DNA of 64,000 nucleotides, from positions 1,736,001-1,800,000 of the forward strand of contig CAKKNE010000001.1 of the NCBI GenBank assembly GCA_918797485.1. The letters run 5' to 3'. This stretch comes from Pelagomonas calceolata (taxonomy: Eukaryota). The position numbers and the translations under genes are program-made. The notes under the pieces are model-generated. The model did no database searches, had not been told where the DNA came from, and saw only the letters and a list, made by a program, of their open reading frames with translations. The first letter of the stretch is position 1; every line of letters starts with the position of its first letter. Below, one piece after another: positions 9,751-20,104 of this stretch.

Positions 9751-10669
9751 TTACAGCTCGTCCGGCTCGAAGTCCTCGTCGTCCCCGAAGTAGGCGCTCT
9801 GCATCGGGTCGACGAACTGGACGGGCTGCTTCTTGTGCTTCTTGGCCTGGTCGTTGATCACGTCCTGCATGCGCCGCATGCGCCACATCTCCTCGTCGAG
9901 GGGCATGAAGTGCTCGTTCGGGTGGAGGTACGTTTTCGGCGTTTTCGAGGGGCAGGCCTCGGCCCACTTCGTGCAGACCTGTGTGGAAACCAAGATTTTA
10001 CGGCGCGTTCGTGCTGAATCGTCGCGTCGTCCTCCACGCCATCGACGCGACGCCTGCTCGATGGCGTGGCGATGCCGGTTCCTCGCCGCTCGACCGAGCC
10101 AGGTCGGCCGCGTCATCGCCAAGAAATGACTTAGTGAAGAATTGTCGGGTGCACCCGACACACTGGTTGATTTCCACACAGGTGCAGACTCTGTTACTGA
10201 ATTTCTCCAGGGTCGACGCGTCGCGCTTGTACAGGGACTCGGCCATGTCCTCCATATGCTCATTTATTATATTTTCACAAGCTTTTTGTATGGTCCGGCA
10301 CTCCCTCCTACATTCACACATGTACTCCTGCTTCTCCATTTTGAGGGGCGCCCCCCGTTCGCTCTGCGTGATGTCGTACATGGCCACCCACTCCCCCAAG
10401 TCCTTGATGGGGTCGCAGATCTGCTGGATGCTGTCCTGGTACATGTCCTCGCTCGGCTTCTTGTAGGGCGCTTCTTCCCGTAAACGCAGGGCTTCCTTCC
10501 AGATCTCCTCGACCGCCAATTTACAAACCGTGCAGCCCAGATACTTGCCCGTCTTGAAGATGGGCCGCGCGTCGGCCGGCGGGCCGCCGGGCATGCCGGG
10601 GAACTGGGCATTTGTTGCGGCGGCGAGCAGCGCGAGCCGCGCGAGGTGGCGTCGCTGCAAAGGAGCCAT
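9751..10669 (-). CDS. Secretory/ER saposin-like protein, Canopy/DUF3456-like (exons 10669-10190, 9978-9751)
   Basis: Signal peptide; CTVC..C..CRRECRTIQKAC..VC Cys pattern; C-terminal PDEL; intron removal gives NR|VCTKW. Confidence 0.65.
9979..10189 (-). mobile_element. Intact family-1 introner intron, GT-AG, 211 bp (element 9979-10181)
   Basis: Perfect 8-bp TSD gtgcagac (9971-9978 and 10182-10189); TIRs CTGTGTGGAAA / TTTCCACACAG; donor supplied by the TSD, acceptor by the TIR. Confidence 0.95.
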
Positions 10670-11137
10670 CGCTGTGTTCTGGTGCCGCGTCGTCGGCGTC
10701 GCAGCGATTCGGGTCCGCACTCGCCACGCTCCTTTTGTGGCGCAGCGATGGAACAGCGCAGCGATTTGGCCCGGATGGCAGCAGTCCGGTATGGCTTGGA
10801 GCGGTGCGAGTGCTCACGCAACACCAAAGACGTTTGCTTGGTTTTGTGGAGCGGCTCTGCTTGTGTGTGCCAGTGTCGCGCCGAGCGCAAAACGGGTTTT
10901 TGCGACATGTCCCGTAGATCACTTGAGAGGTCTGCGTGAGCACCCCTGCAACGGGTTACAGGAGGCTCGGGATTCTGTTCGGGTTTGGGACCGATTGCTA
11001 ACGAGCAAAGGCTGCCCAAAGGCACCGCCGCCCCCCCACAGGGATCATCGAAGGCGCGCGCAGCAACACACGCACGCCGCCGCAGCGCACTGTCGCCACC
11101 CGTAGCCCACCGGACGCCGGGAGGCAGCCCAAGCCAA

Positions 11138-12748
11138 ATGGCCGAGAAGTACTTACATGCTGTTTCATGTAGGGGCGACCTCGACGCCGTCCGGCACTGT
11201 CTGGAGCACGCCCATCCAAATGTGGACGGCGCGCGGACGCGAGGAAGGACGGCGCTCTGGGAGGCCGCGGCGCGCGGCCATGCCGCGGTTTGCGCGGCAT
11301 TGCTCGACGCGGGCGCGAGTCCCGATGCCGAGGACTGGAGCGGTTCTTCGCCATTAGTGGTGGCTGCGAGACGGGGGCGTAATCGAGCCGTCGCGGCGTT
11401 CGTCCAACGCGGCCACGCGTCTTCCACCGCTCTGGAGGCCGCATCACTCAAGGGTCACGACGACGTCGTCCAGCAGCTATTACGGGCGGGCGCGCTGCCG
11501 ACCCCCACAGCTTTGAGGGATGGCTCCTTGAATTGCTTTGCGATGCTCTGCGACCATGCGGAAGAGGCCGCGCTATTCGACGCGATGGCGCATCACGAAT
11601 GTCGCGCCAAGGTCGCGTCGCGGATCGCCGCCCATTTAGATGAGGGCATCGAGCGTCGCATGTTCGATGGCGAGGACCTCCGGAAGGTTGAGAGGGAGAA
11701 AGCGGAAGAGTCGAAGCGGCTCGAGACCGTCAATGACGATGAAGACGACTACTGGAGCGACGTGATCGACTCGAAACCCTGTTTGCGGCGCGGCGTCGCC
11801 GCTTTACTAAGAAGGGACGTCCACGACGAGTTGAGGGATGAAGCCACGCGGTGGATCGTACTATCGAGAGTGGCAGCTCTGTGCGCGGGTAAAAACATGG
11901 AACCCTTCGCGCTGCACGCTTGTACGAGATCATTTGTCGATGGTAGGCGAACACTAGCCTTCACCGGGTTTAACGACGGCGGCGACCCTCTACAATTGCG
12001 GCAAGACGTCGAGGTCTTGTTGAAGAACGTGGCCGCGACCGCCGACGCGACCGAAGCAGCGGTGCGGGCCGTCTGCGGTCTTAGGAATCGCGAGAAGCGC
12101 CTCTCGTATGCGCCCGCGCCGCGCGCCGCTTTGTTATTGAGGGCCTGCGTCGCGCGCTTCCGTTGTAAAGACGAGGATTCAGTGGTGGCCGGCGGCGTGC
12201 TTACATTTGAAAGCCACGAGGACTTCTGCGACGCGACGCTAGCTCTATGCGACTGGTGCTGGGCGTTGAAACCTGAGATAACACCACCGCCGCCGCCAGT
12301 CGTATCTCCAGAGAGACAGCCGGACTGGTGCCCCGCGGGCGCGCCCATGAGACGGGTGCACGACCGTCGTTTAGCTGTGAACTTCCTGGGGGGCGGCCCG
12401 GCGCGCGTGTCTCGTCGACGGCGCCGACCTATACAACAACAGCAACGGAGACGGCAGTCGCTGCCGAAGGAGCTGGGGAGGGGCGAGCTCCTCGACTTCT
12501 ACGACGGCGGCTACGGTCTGGTCGTCGTGAAGATTGCGTTGGACGAGGAGGGCTGCACCTGCGAATTTAGGTTGAAGGGGCCCGTCGCCGCCTCCACGAA
12601 CGTGGGCGAGCGGCTCCTGGAGCCCGTGCTTGCTTTACCGGAAGCCCCGGTGAACTTCGAGGACCTCTCCTTCGTCGACCACCCGCCGACGGCGGCGACA
12701 TTACTACTGCTGGCCGACGAGCCCGTCTCGGAGGACGAGGACTTCTAA
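11138..12748 (+). CDS. Ankyrin-repeat protein
   Basis: GRTALWEAAARGH, GSSPLVVAARRG and ALEAASLKGH repeats at the N-terminus. Confidence 0.75.
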   Translation: MAEKYLHAVSCRGDLDAVRHCLEHAHPNVDGARTRGRTALWEAAARGHAAVCAALLDAGASPDAEDWSGSSPLVVAARRGRNRAVAAFVQRGHASSTALEAASLKGHDDVVQQLLRAGALPTPTALRDGSLNCFAMLCDHAEEAALFDAMAHHECRAKVASRIAAHLDEGIERRMFDGEDLRKVEREKAEESKRLETVNDDEDDYWSDVIDSKPCLRRGVAALLRRDVHDELRDEATRWIVLSRVAALCAGKNMEPFALHACTRSFVDGRRTLAFTGFNDGGDPLQLRQDVEVLLKNVAATADATEAAVRAVCGLRNREKRLSYAPAPRAALLLRACVARFRCKDEDSVVAGGVLTFESHEDFCDATLALCDWCWALKPEITPPPPPVVSPERQPDWCPAGAPMRRVHDRRLAVNFLGGGPARVSRRRRRPIQQQQRRRQSLPKELGRGELLDFYDGGYGLVVVKIALDEEGCTCEFRLKGPVAASTNVGERLLEPVLALPEAPVNFEDLSFVDHPPTAATLLLLADEPVSEDEDF

Positions 12749-12752
12749 CTAC

Positions 12753-13223
12753 CTAGGTTGTTACAGTTCGTGCGTAGACGCGCGCTAGAGCTAGTGTTTC
12801 GTTCGCGTCCGTCGCGTTCGCGAGAGCTTTTGCGAGGCACGCGCGGTAGTCCTCTGTGTCTGGCGGCGGCGGCGCAGCTGCCGGCGTCTCCGTCGGTGGT
12901 GGTCGTGGTTTTTGCCGGGGAGCCAACTCGTTCTGCGCATTAACTCGCGCGTCGAGCACCGCGATCTCGCGTTCGACCGCGGCGGTCGCGGCGACGGCGC
13001 GGGCGCGGCGCTCTTTCGCGGCGCGGACCGCGGCGCGGCGCTTGCGGTCCTCTGCCGCGGCACGCGCCGCGTCGACGGCCGCGTCTAGGTGATCGGCTCT
13101 GGCCTCAAGTGCTGTTCGCTCAGCAACTGCGTCTCTGCGCGCCTTCTGGAGCCGCTGGACGCGCCCCTGGAGCGCCCCGAGCGCCAGGGCCATCCGTTTG
13201 CCGTCAACCGCGTCAGCGTCCAT
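12753..13223 (-). CDS. Hypothetical coiled-coil protein
   Basis: Ala/Arg/Glu helical ORF; stop lies 5 bp from the convergent neighbour's stop. Confidence 0.5.
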   Translation of the reverse strand: MDADAVDGKRMALALGALQGRVQRLQKARRDAVAERTALEARADHLDAAVDAARAAAEDRKRRAAVRAAKERRARAVAATAAVEREIAVLDARVNAQNELAPRQKPRPPPTETPAAAPPPPDTEDYRACLAKALANATDANETLALARVYARTVTT

Positions 13224-13560
13224 CCTGGTTGTGCGTATTTTGCGCTGCAAATTGCCAACCGACCCAAGATGCTGTGTGCCATCGTCGCCGGCTCAAGCGC
13301 TCCGACCCAGGGCTGTGGGGGCTACATGAGAGAGGTACTATCGGCCCATGAGAGATAGAAGGCTGTGGCCACGGGTCCGTGCGGGTCCCAGCTTGGCAAC
13401 GCCGCCGCCATTGCTGCCATTGCCCGGCCCCACCATGGGCCGAATGCGGATAGAATAGGCTTGCGAGCCGTTGAACGACCCGCTCCGAGCGGTGGGCAGC
13501 CGTTCCCCCAAGGTTGGGGCTGCCTGCAGTGAGGGGGTTGCCAGAGCCAAGACAAGGACC

Positions 13561-16500
13561 ATGGCGCAGGGCCACCGCGACGCCCTCGCCGTCGCGCGGG
13601 GCACGGCCTGGGACCACGGCTATAGACTAGGCATGCGCATGGCCGAGGAAGCGCGGAATCCATTACCGCCGAAGCGCGCCCTCAAACCATCCACGAGAAA
13701 ACTCCTGGCCGCGTTCCCGCCAGCTGCGGAAGAAGTAGACCTAAGGAAGGAGCTCGATGGATTAAGTGACGCGGCGTTGTGGGAGGGAGCCTGCGCTCTG
13801 GCGGAAGATGCCGCGCGCGCCGACCAGCGCCGAGCGTTGGAGACTGGAGAAGAAGCCTACCCGCCGGGCGGCGCCGTCGCGGACTGGTGCCAACAATTTC
13901 TCGAGGGCACGTCCGATAATATCAAAGACGGGTGCGCGTGGACGTACCCGAAGCCGGCCACGCGCGGCAAGTCCGTCACGCTAGCTGGATGGAAAGGTTT
14001 GCGGCTGGAACCGCTACGAGCTTTGTCATTAGCCCTGGGCGACTCGCTGACCGCCGCAGATCTCTCGCAGACGTCCCTGACGGACAATGACGTCCAGGCG
14101 TTCTGTGCTCGGCTCTTCGCGTTACGAACCTTGAAGATGAGGGACTGCGAGAACGTCACGAACCAGTCCTGCATGAAGATCTCGCAGTGTATCCACGAGT
14201 GCCTCACGCAGTTAGATGTGTCGGGTTGTACGCAATTAAATAGTGACGCGTGTGGTTGGCTTGGTGGGATAGTAGGTGTGGGAGCGGCGAAGTGCCACAA
14301 GCTACTCTCGTTAGACATCTCGCGGTGCCCCCTGGTCAAGGACGACGCTCTGGCGAACTTGGCCCAGGGCTGTAAAAGGCTGCAAATGCTATCCGTCGCG
14401 AAATGTGAACGAGTGACGGACGCGGGTGTTATCTCACTCTCAAAGGGCTGTGCTTCCTTGAAGATTCTCGACGTGTCCGACTGCCAACTCGTGGGCGACA
14501 AGGCCTTCCGGTCGTTGGGGTTCCGGTGCCACCGTATGACAACGGTACTCGCGCCGCGAGCTGGTTTGCTGAAAAACACTTCGATAAGAGCCCTAGCGCA
14601 GGGCTGCCCCGGGTTGACCTGCCTCGACGTGGCCGGCGCGCAACACTTGAGTGAGTCGGTCTTCGGGGAACTGTGCTCCGGAGCGCTGGGGATGCGTTAT
14701 TTGAACGTCACTGGGTGTGAGGAGGTCACGTCGTCTGGTTTGAAGGCCTTGATCAAGGGCAAGTCTTTACTGAAAGGCGCCGGCACCGTCGTGGAAGCGC
14801 GGGCGTTCTTTGGGTTCTGTCCTCGGGAAGATGCTACTTCTGTGGAGCTGACCGAGGCCCAGCAACTCCTCGAGGAAAGGTCTTGTCGGGAGATCGTGGC
14901 CTACTTCCGAGCCTATCGGAGACGTTGTAAGGCCTCGGACGCGCGCGTGGAGTTGAGGCTGCACGGCGCGTCGCGCAAAATCGCAAGGAAGTGCATGGCG
15001 TGGCTTAGGAGGAGACGCCAGGCCAACAAGGAACGACTTAAACGAAGAGAATTCTACACGCGGGAACTCCAGCGGTTCTGGCGGGGCTACTGTGGACGGA
15101 GGGATATATGGAACGCGAAGGAGTATCAGCGCTTACTTAAGTTGCACACGAACCAGGTGATCGGCTTCCAGGCGTGCTACCGGGGCTATAAGATAAGATT
15201 GGTGGATCCCGCCGGGTGTCTGCCTGCTATTAGAAGACTAAGAGCGCAACTCAAGAAGTACCGACGAGATGTTGCTTCTACCAAAATACAAGCTGCTGGT
15301 AGGGGTGTACGCGCTCGCAGAAAGGCCTTAGTTATGTCTCAAATAAAGCTGAGGAATGAGAGGGACGAGCGCGTCGCCGCGGCGATTATTCAGTCCATAC
15401 TACGAGCTTTGCACGCTAGACATGAAGTCATACGACTCCGACTACGACGGGAGCGGTTGGCGGCCTTGCATGATCATGCCGCGCGCGTCGTCACCAAATT
15501 CATGAAATGGGCGGGCGGCCAGTCGTTGATGGCTCGTTTACAGGCCATCATGGAGCGCAAACGACGACTGCAAGAAGGAGCGTCGCTCGTCATGGAGCGG
15601 TGCACGCGCGGATTGTTCGGGAGGCAACGGGCTCGACGTAGGAGGAAGTTCATGGCGATGCTCAACGCGCAAGTGACGGTCATCCAGAAGTGTTATAGAG
15701 GTTCTAGGGTGATGGACTGGCGGAATCTGCGCATGAATCATATTGCGCGACATGTCTATGCGCGTCGCGACTTCGAGCAGGCGCAGCGAGCTCTGAACCG
15801 ACAGAAGAAGTTCGAGGCGTGGCAGGCTGAGTTGGCCAAGGATTCTTGTAGCGATTCGGATGGCGACGCGGGTGGCGAGCTGGGTGCCGAGTGGGTGGAA
15901 CGGCGGAATCTCGACGGTGGGCTCGTGTGGGTGCACAACGAGACGGGCGAGATCGTCACGGTGGATCCGCGCACGGATCCGGTCGACGCGGAGCTGATCG
16001 GTTGTAGCGTGCGCGTGTTCTGGCCGCTCGAGGAGCAGTGGTTCGAAGGGGTGTTGGCTCGCTTCCATAGGCGTAGAAGGAAGTACCGAGTAGAATATAT
16101 AGATGGGGACCACGAGTGGATCGACGTGGATGAGGCGGCGGACCGGTTGCAGCTGTACGACGCTTCCGGTTCGTGGTCTGATTTCAATGTGGCTGTCCGG
16201 CCTGCTTTGGCCGAGAGACAAAATAAGCGGGCCGAGAAGGCGGATATTAAGGTTAGGGCGCGGAGACTGGAGGAGGAGACGCGCGCGTGGACTGTATTAC
16301 CTGAGAAAGAAAGTGATGACGAGTATGACGACGACGACGACGAGGCGGCGCTGGAGCGCGCGCGGGCGAAGATGGAGGTGGCGAAGGTCGGGAAACGCGA
16401 AAGGTGGACCAACTCCCTCACGGGGGAGATTCGCTTCCTGGGACAGGAGGCGGCGTTCTGGATGGAGAGTCGCGACGCGGACAAGAACTTCTGTGCGAAC

Positions 16501-17354
16501 GCGGCGTCCTTTCTGGCGCGTCGCTGGCGTCGCCGGTGGCGGCGAGTCGACGCGGGGTCCCCAACGCAGGTTTCGAGCACGGAGAGACAGGGGAAAGAGT
16601 TTACTACGATCCCCGGTTCGCCAAGGATACGGACGTGCCGAATGTGCGCCGCTGGAAGCTCGAATGCCTCAACGCGCTGCGGCCCGCCGTTTACCTTGGT
16701 GCAGGTCTCGTGGAAGCGTGGGATACGGCCGCGGAAGGCGCGCGCGGCAAGAAGGCCCGGCAAGAGACGCTCAAACGCGTGCTCAAGAACGCCAAGACTT
16801 TTGTCAGGGACTTGTCGTCGGAGGTTCTGCGGGCCAAGGAGCTCTGGTCAGAGGAGGACTTCGCGGCCGACGCCGAGCTGGTGTACGCGGCCCACACTCT
16901 GCATCGTCTAAACGAGCTGAAGGTCGTAGCGGAGGCCGAGCAGGAGAAGGGCCTCGAGGCGAAACGAAAACTTATCCGGGAAGCCAAGCGCTTCCAGGGC
17001 GTCTGGTGCCGGGCCTGCCGCCACAAGTGCATGGACCAGCAGGCGACGCACTGTCCTACTTGTGGAGTGCGCTTCACGTCCAAGGGTGTCATCGCGGTCG
17101 GCGACATCGGTTCCGAGAACTTTCAGGAGCAGACGCGGGAGTCGCGCGCGTCGCTGGCGGATCGACTGGCGGAGCGCGCGTCGCTGGAGAGCCGCCCGGG
17201 GACGGCCGGACTCATCGAGGCGCCCGCAGAAGAAGTGCAGCCGCAGCCGTCGGTCACGTTCTCGCTGGAGACGGACGAGTCGTCGAACCCGCTGCAGCGG
17301 TCGTCCATCGAGTCGTCGTACACGTATGGGTCGGAGAGCGTGTCCCAGGAGTAA
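13561..17354 (+). CDS. LRR (FBXL/AMN1-type) + IQ motifs + WW + Tudor-like + WW + Zn-knuckle protein (exons 13561-16492, 16570-17354)
   Basis: Cys-containing LRRs (LDVSGC, LDISRC); IQxxxRG motifs; VRVFWP..WFEG..Y.VEY.DGD; intron removal completes the WW-like NF|CFEHGETGERVYYDPR. Confidence 0.8.
16493..16569 (+). other. Spliceosomal intron, GT-AG, 77 bp, GCGTCC at +12
   Basis: gtgcgaacgcggcgtcc...ccaacgcag; excision joins the two ORFs in frame. Confidence 0.8.
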
Positions 17355-17381
17355 ATCGCATGTTTGTCTGAGAATATGTAC

Positions 17382-18130
17382 TTATGCGTCCGGCGGTTCG
17401 CGGGCGCGGAGCACTGCTCGCGCGTCTCGCATTTCGTGCTCAATCCCCGTTGTGATGGGGTGTGCGCCGCCTAGCACGCGCCGCGCCGTCCGTGCCGTAT
17501 CCTCGAGCATCGTCACGGCCTCGCGGAGATCATCGAGCGTGGCGCCGTCGTCCCTCCAGAGCGACTGCGCGTAATTCCGCCGCAACTTTAGCGTGAGTTC
17601 ATGACTCTCGCCGATAGCACGCCGCGCCACGGGCATCGTTTTGCGCAGAAACGCCTTGGCTTCCTTGAAGCGCCGTAATTCGTTAAGGGATATCGCATAG
17701 TTGCTGGCTGCTATTGCGGTGTTCTCATGTTCTTCGCCATGGAGCTTCAGACGTCCGGAGTATATGTCTCGTTCCATGCTTAGGGCCTTCTCCATGTTAC
17801 CAAGCTCTCCATATGTGATCGCAAGATTGGTTTGAGCGGTGAGCATGGCGTGTTCCGATCCACCCAGGCGGCGCTCCATGGACAGCTCGGCCTCTCGCAC
17901 GGACAACGCGGTCTTGTGGTGTTTTGCGGCGGATAGACCGGTCCCCAGCTGTGTGATCGCGTCACGCCGAGCCCAGTCCGTCTCTGGCCGACCCACGTAC
18001 GTCTTCCAACACGCCCACCCGAGCGCGCATCGGACGACGCCGTGGTACTCTTGCTCGCACAGACTGCACGCATACCATCGCTTGAACCTCTCATTCTTGG
18101 CCTTGCCGTCCAAGTTGTTCTCCTCGGCCT
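17382..18130 (-). pseudogene. 5'-truncated member of a RING-variant/TPR (kinesin-light-chain-like repeat) family
   Basis: CSLCEQEYHGVVRCALGWACWKTYVGRPE; RRLGGSEH, HGEEH and RRVLGGAHP repeats; paralogous to 28015-28340. Confidence 0.7.
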
Positions 18131-18214
18131 TTCGGACCTGATCATCCGAATTGGACGTATCTTCCGCGCGAGCTGACTGCGGCGCGCGAGAAGCTCGCCA
18201 GCTTCGACACGTAA
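18131..18214 (+). pseudogene. 3'-terminal remnant of a second TPR-family paralog on the opposite strand
   Basis: Reads FGPDHPNWTYLPRELTAAREKLASFDT*, resembling the family C-terminus LGGAHP..MRDARAVL. Confidence 0.5.
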
Positions 18215-18230
18215 GAAACATTACAACAAA

Positions 18231-19709
18231 CTAGTCATCATCCGCCGGCAGCTCGAGCCCGAGCTCGTTGAGCAATAACGCCGCCGCGCCGGGCCCCGCC
18301 CCGTCCTGCGCCTCGACGCTCTCCAACAAATTCTTCACGAGGTTGAAGTCGACGTCGACGGGCGCATCATCATCATCGGTAGGCCGGTCGAAGGACTGCG
18401 CCATTTCGGTGGTGGCGAGCTCGGCCTCGAGCTGGGCCGCATACACATCATCCTCTTCCACTTCGTCGTCCGAGTCCGGCCCGTCCACGGCGACGGCGGT
18501 AGCATGCGCTCCGGCCGCGTCGCGGAGCCCCCGGAGGACGTCCATGACTTCGGCGTCCGGCGGACGCGCCGGCGCGGCCTCGCCCCGTAGCAACGCCGCG
18601 ACCGCTTCACCATCGACGGCCACCGGTTGCATCGTCTCCTCCTCATTATCTTCCTCGAGGAAATCGTGCACACCACTTACCACATCATTTGGAGTCGCGA
18701 CCGCAGAACACTTCCGCTCCAGCGTCTCCTGGTCTACTTGCAACCACGACGCGTCGTCCACGTCAGTCTCCGCCGGTTGCAGCGTGTCGCTCTTCAATAA
18801 TTCCCGTTCACGAGCCGAGGGCGCCTTCCTTATTATATCAAGTCCCGCCGCGAGCGCCGCGCCGATGTCGTCCGTCGACGCACTCAGCCGCGCGTAGGAT
18901 GCCTTTGAGAGTCTTACAATACCCTCCGTCGTGGACTTGGACGAAGGAGCTCGCCGCGGCGCCTTGGCCGCGGCGGGCCCGAGCAATCGAGGAGCCCTTC
19001 GAAAAACGCGCCACGCATGTGAAGGCATAGACACCACGACGTTCTGGCGCCGCCCCAGCACACACGTTTGAGCGCCTTCCTTTAACGACCGCTCGCGTCG
19101 CCTTAAAGCTGATGTTGCTTCCCTCGAGGCCGCGTTGTCCCTCGAAGAACAACAGAGCCCCAGACCTTTCTGAAGGGGTAACGGCCCGCCCGGTTCATCC
19201 AATACCACAGCAATACTACCAGCAACGAGCCAGGTCCGCCCCACGGCACTCTCCGGTTCGAGCCAATCGGGCAGGTGATCGGCCGCGTCGACGAGCAGGA
19301 ACTCCCCATCACTATCGGTCACGCGGCAGGCGACGCGCTCCATTCTTGTAAGATCTGCGAGGAGCGACACGAGGAGCCACTCGTCGTCCAAATCGCTGAT
19401 CGTGATCGACGCCGCGACGTGCGCCTTGCACTTCTGAAGTGAGGCGCAGGGGGCGCCGGCGTCGCGCCAGGCGTGAGCTCCGGACCACTCATTCATTTGT
19501 TTGGAAACGGTGTTTAGTAGTTGATCGATCGGAGCGTCGTCGAGCGGGTGCACCTCGTAGCGCACGCGGTCGTCCTCGGAGATCGGTGCGGTGCCCCTTT
19601 CTCGGAGCAGCTCGGCGGCGTCTCTGGACACGAAGGCGTCTAACGTGGGGCCGTCGCCGCCCGTTAAAGCCTGCAGGCCCTGGAGGAGCTTTTGCAGGTC
19701 CTCCTCCAT
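18231..19709 (-). CDS. ECD: Ecdysoneless/SGT1-family protein
   Basis: DDEWLLVSLL..DSDGEFLLVDAADHLPDWLEPE..RTWL; DDASWL; PVDVDFNLVKNLLES..GAGP. Confidence 0.88.
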   Translation of the reverse strand: MEEDLQKLLQGLQALTGGDGPTLDAFVSRDAAELLRERGTAPISEDDRVRYEVHPLDDAPIDQLLNTVSKQMNEWSGAHAWRDAGAPCASLQKCKAHVAASITISDLDDEWLLVSLLADLTRMERVACRVTDSDGEFLLVDAADHLPDWLEPESAVGRTWLVAGSIAVVLDEPGGPLPLQKGLGLCCSSRDNAASREATSALRRRERSLKEGAQTCVLGRRQNVVVSMPSHAWRVFRRAPRLLGPAAAKAPRRAPSSKSTTEGIVRLSKASYARLSASTDDIGAALAAGLDIIRKAPSARERELLKSDTLQPAETDVDDASWLQVDQETLERKCSAVATPNDVVSGVHDFLEEDNEEETMQPVAVDGEAVAALLRGEAAPARPPDAEVMDVLRGLRDAAGAHATAVAVDGPDSDDEVEEDDVYAAQLEAELATTEMAQSFDRPTDDDDAPVDVDFNLVKNLLESVEAQDGAGPGAAALLLNELGLELPADDD

Positions 19710-19832
19710 GGCTGCTCGTAGCGGTCGCGCTGCGGGTGCGGGAGCCGCGCGGAGGCTGGAATGTGTGCGAGATCAGCTCTGACAAGCGCTTGGGCCTCTA
19801 TACCAGCGTTTTTGCAGCTTGCCCGGCTTGGA

Positions 19833-19857
19833 GCTAGCGGTCTGTAAAGGTACTAGC
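19833..19857 (-). promoter_or_regulatory. Dyad-ended upstream motif, copy 3
   Basis: Reverse complement GCTAGTACCTTTACAGACCGCTAGC between the divergent ECD and TOP1 starts. Confidence 0.65.
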
Positions 19858-20104
19858 GACATCCGACTTGTGGGCTCGCCGCTGTGATTGCAACACAACT
19901 GCGCATCGCTGGGACCCGAGAACGCACGTAAGAGTCGCAGCGACCCCTGAGCTCCGCGGCCTGTGTGAAAAAGCGGGCCGCCGGACACCCCCGCAGCCCT
20001 ACAATCGACTTGGAGTGCCTCGCGCCCACAAGACGCCAACGCCGCGCGCCTGTGCGAAGACTGCGCCGCCGGACGTCCCGCCTGCGCCGCGAGCCGCCGC
20101 TACC

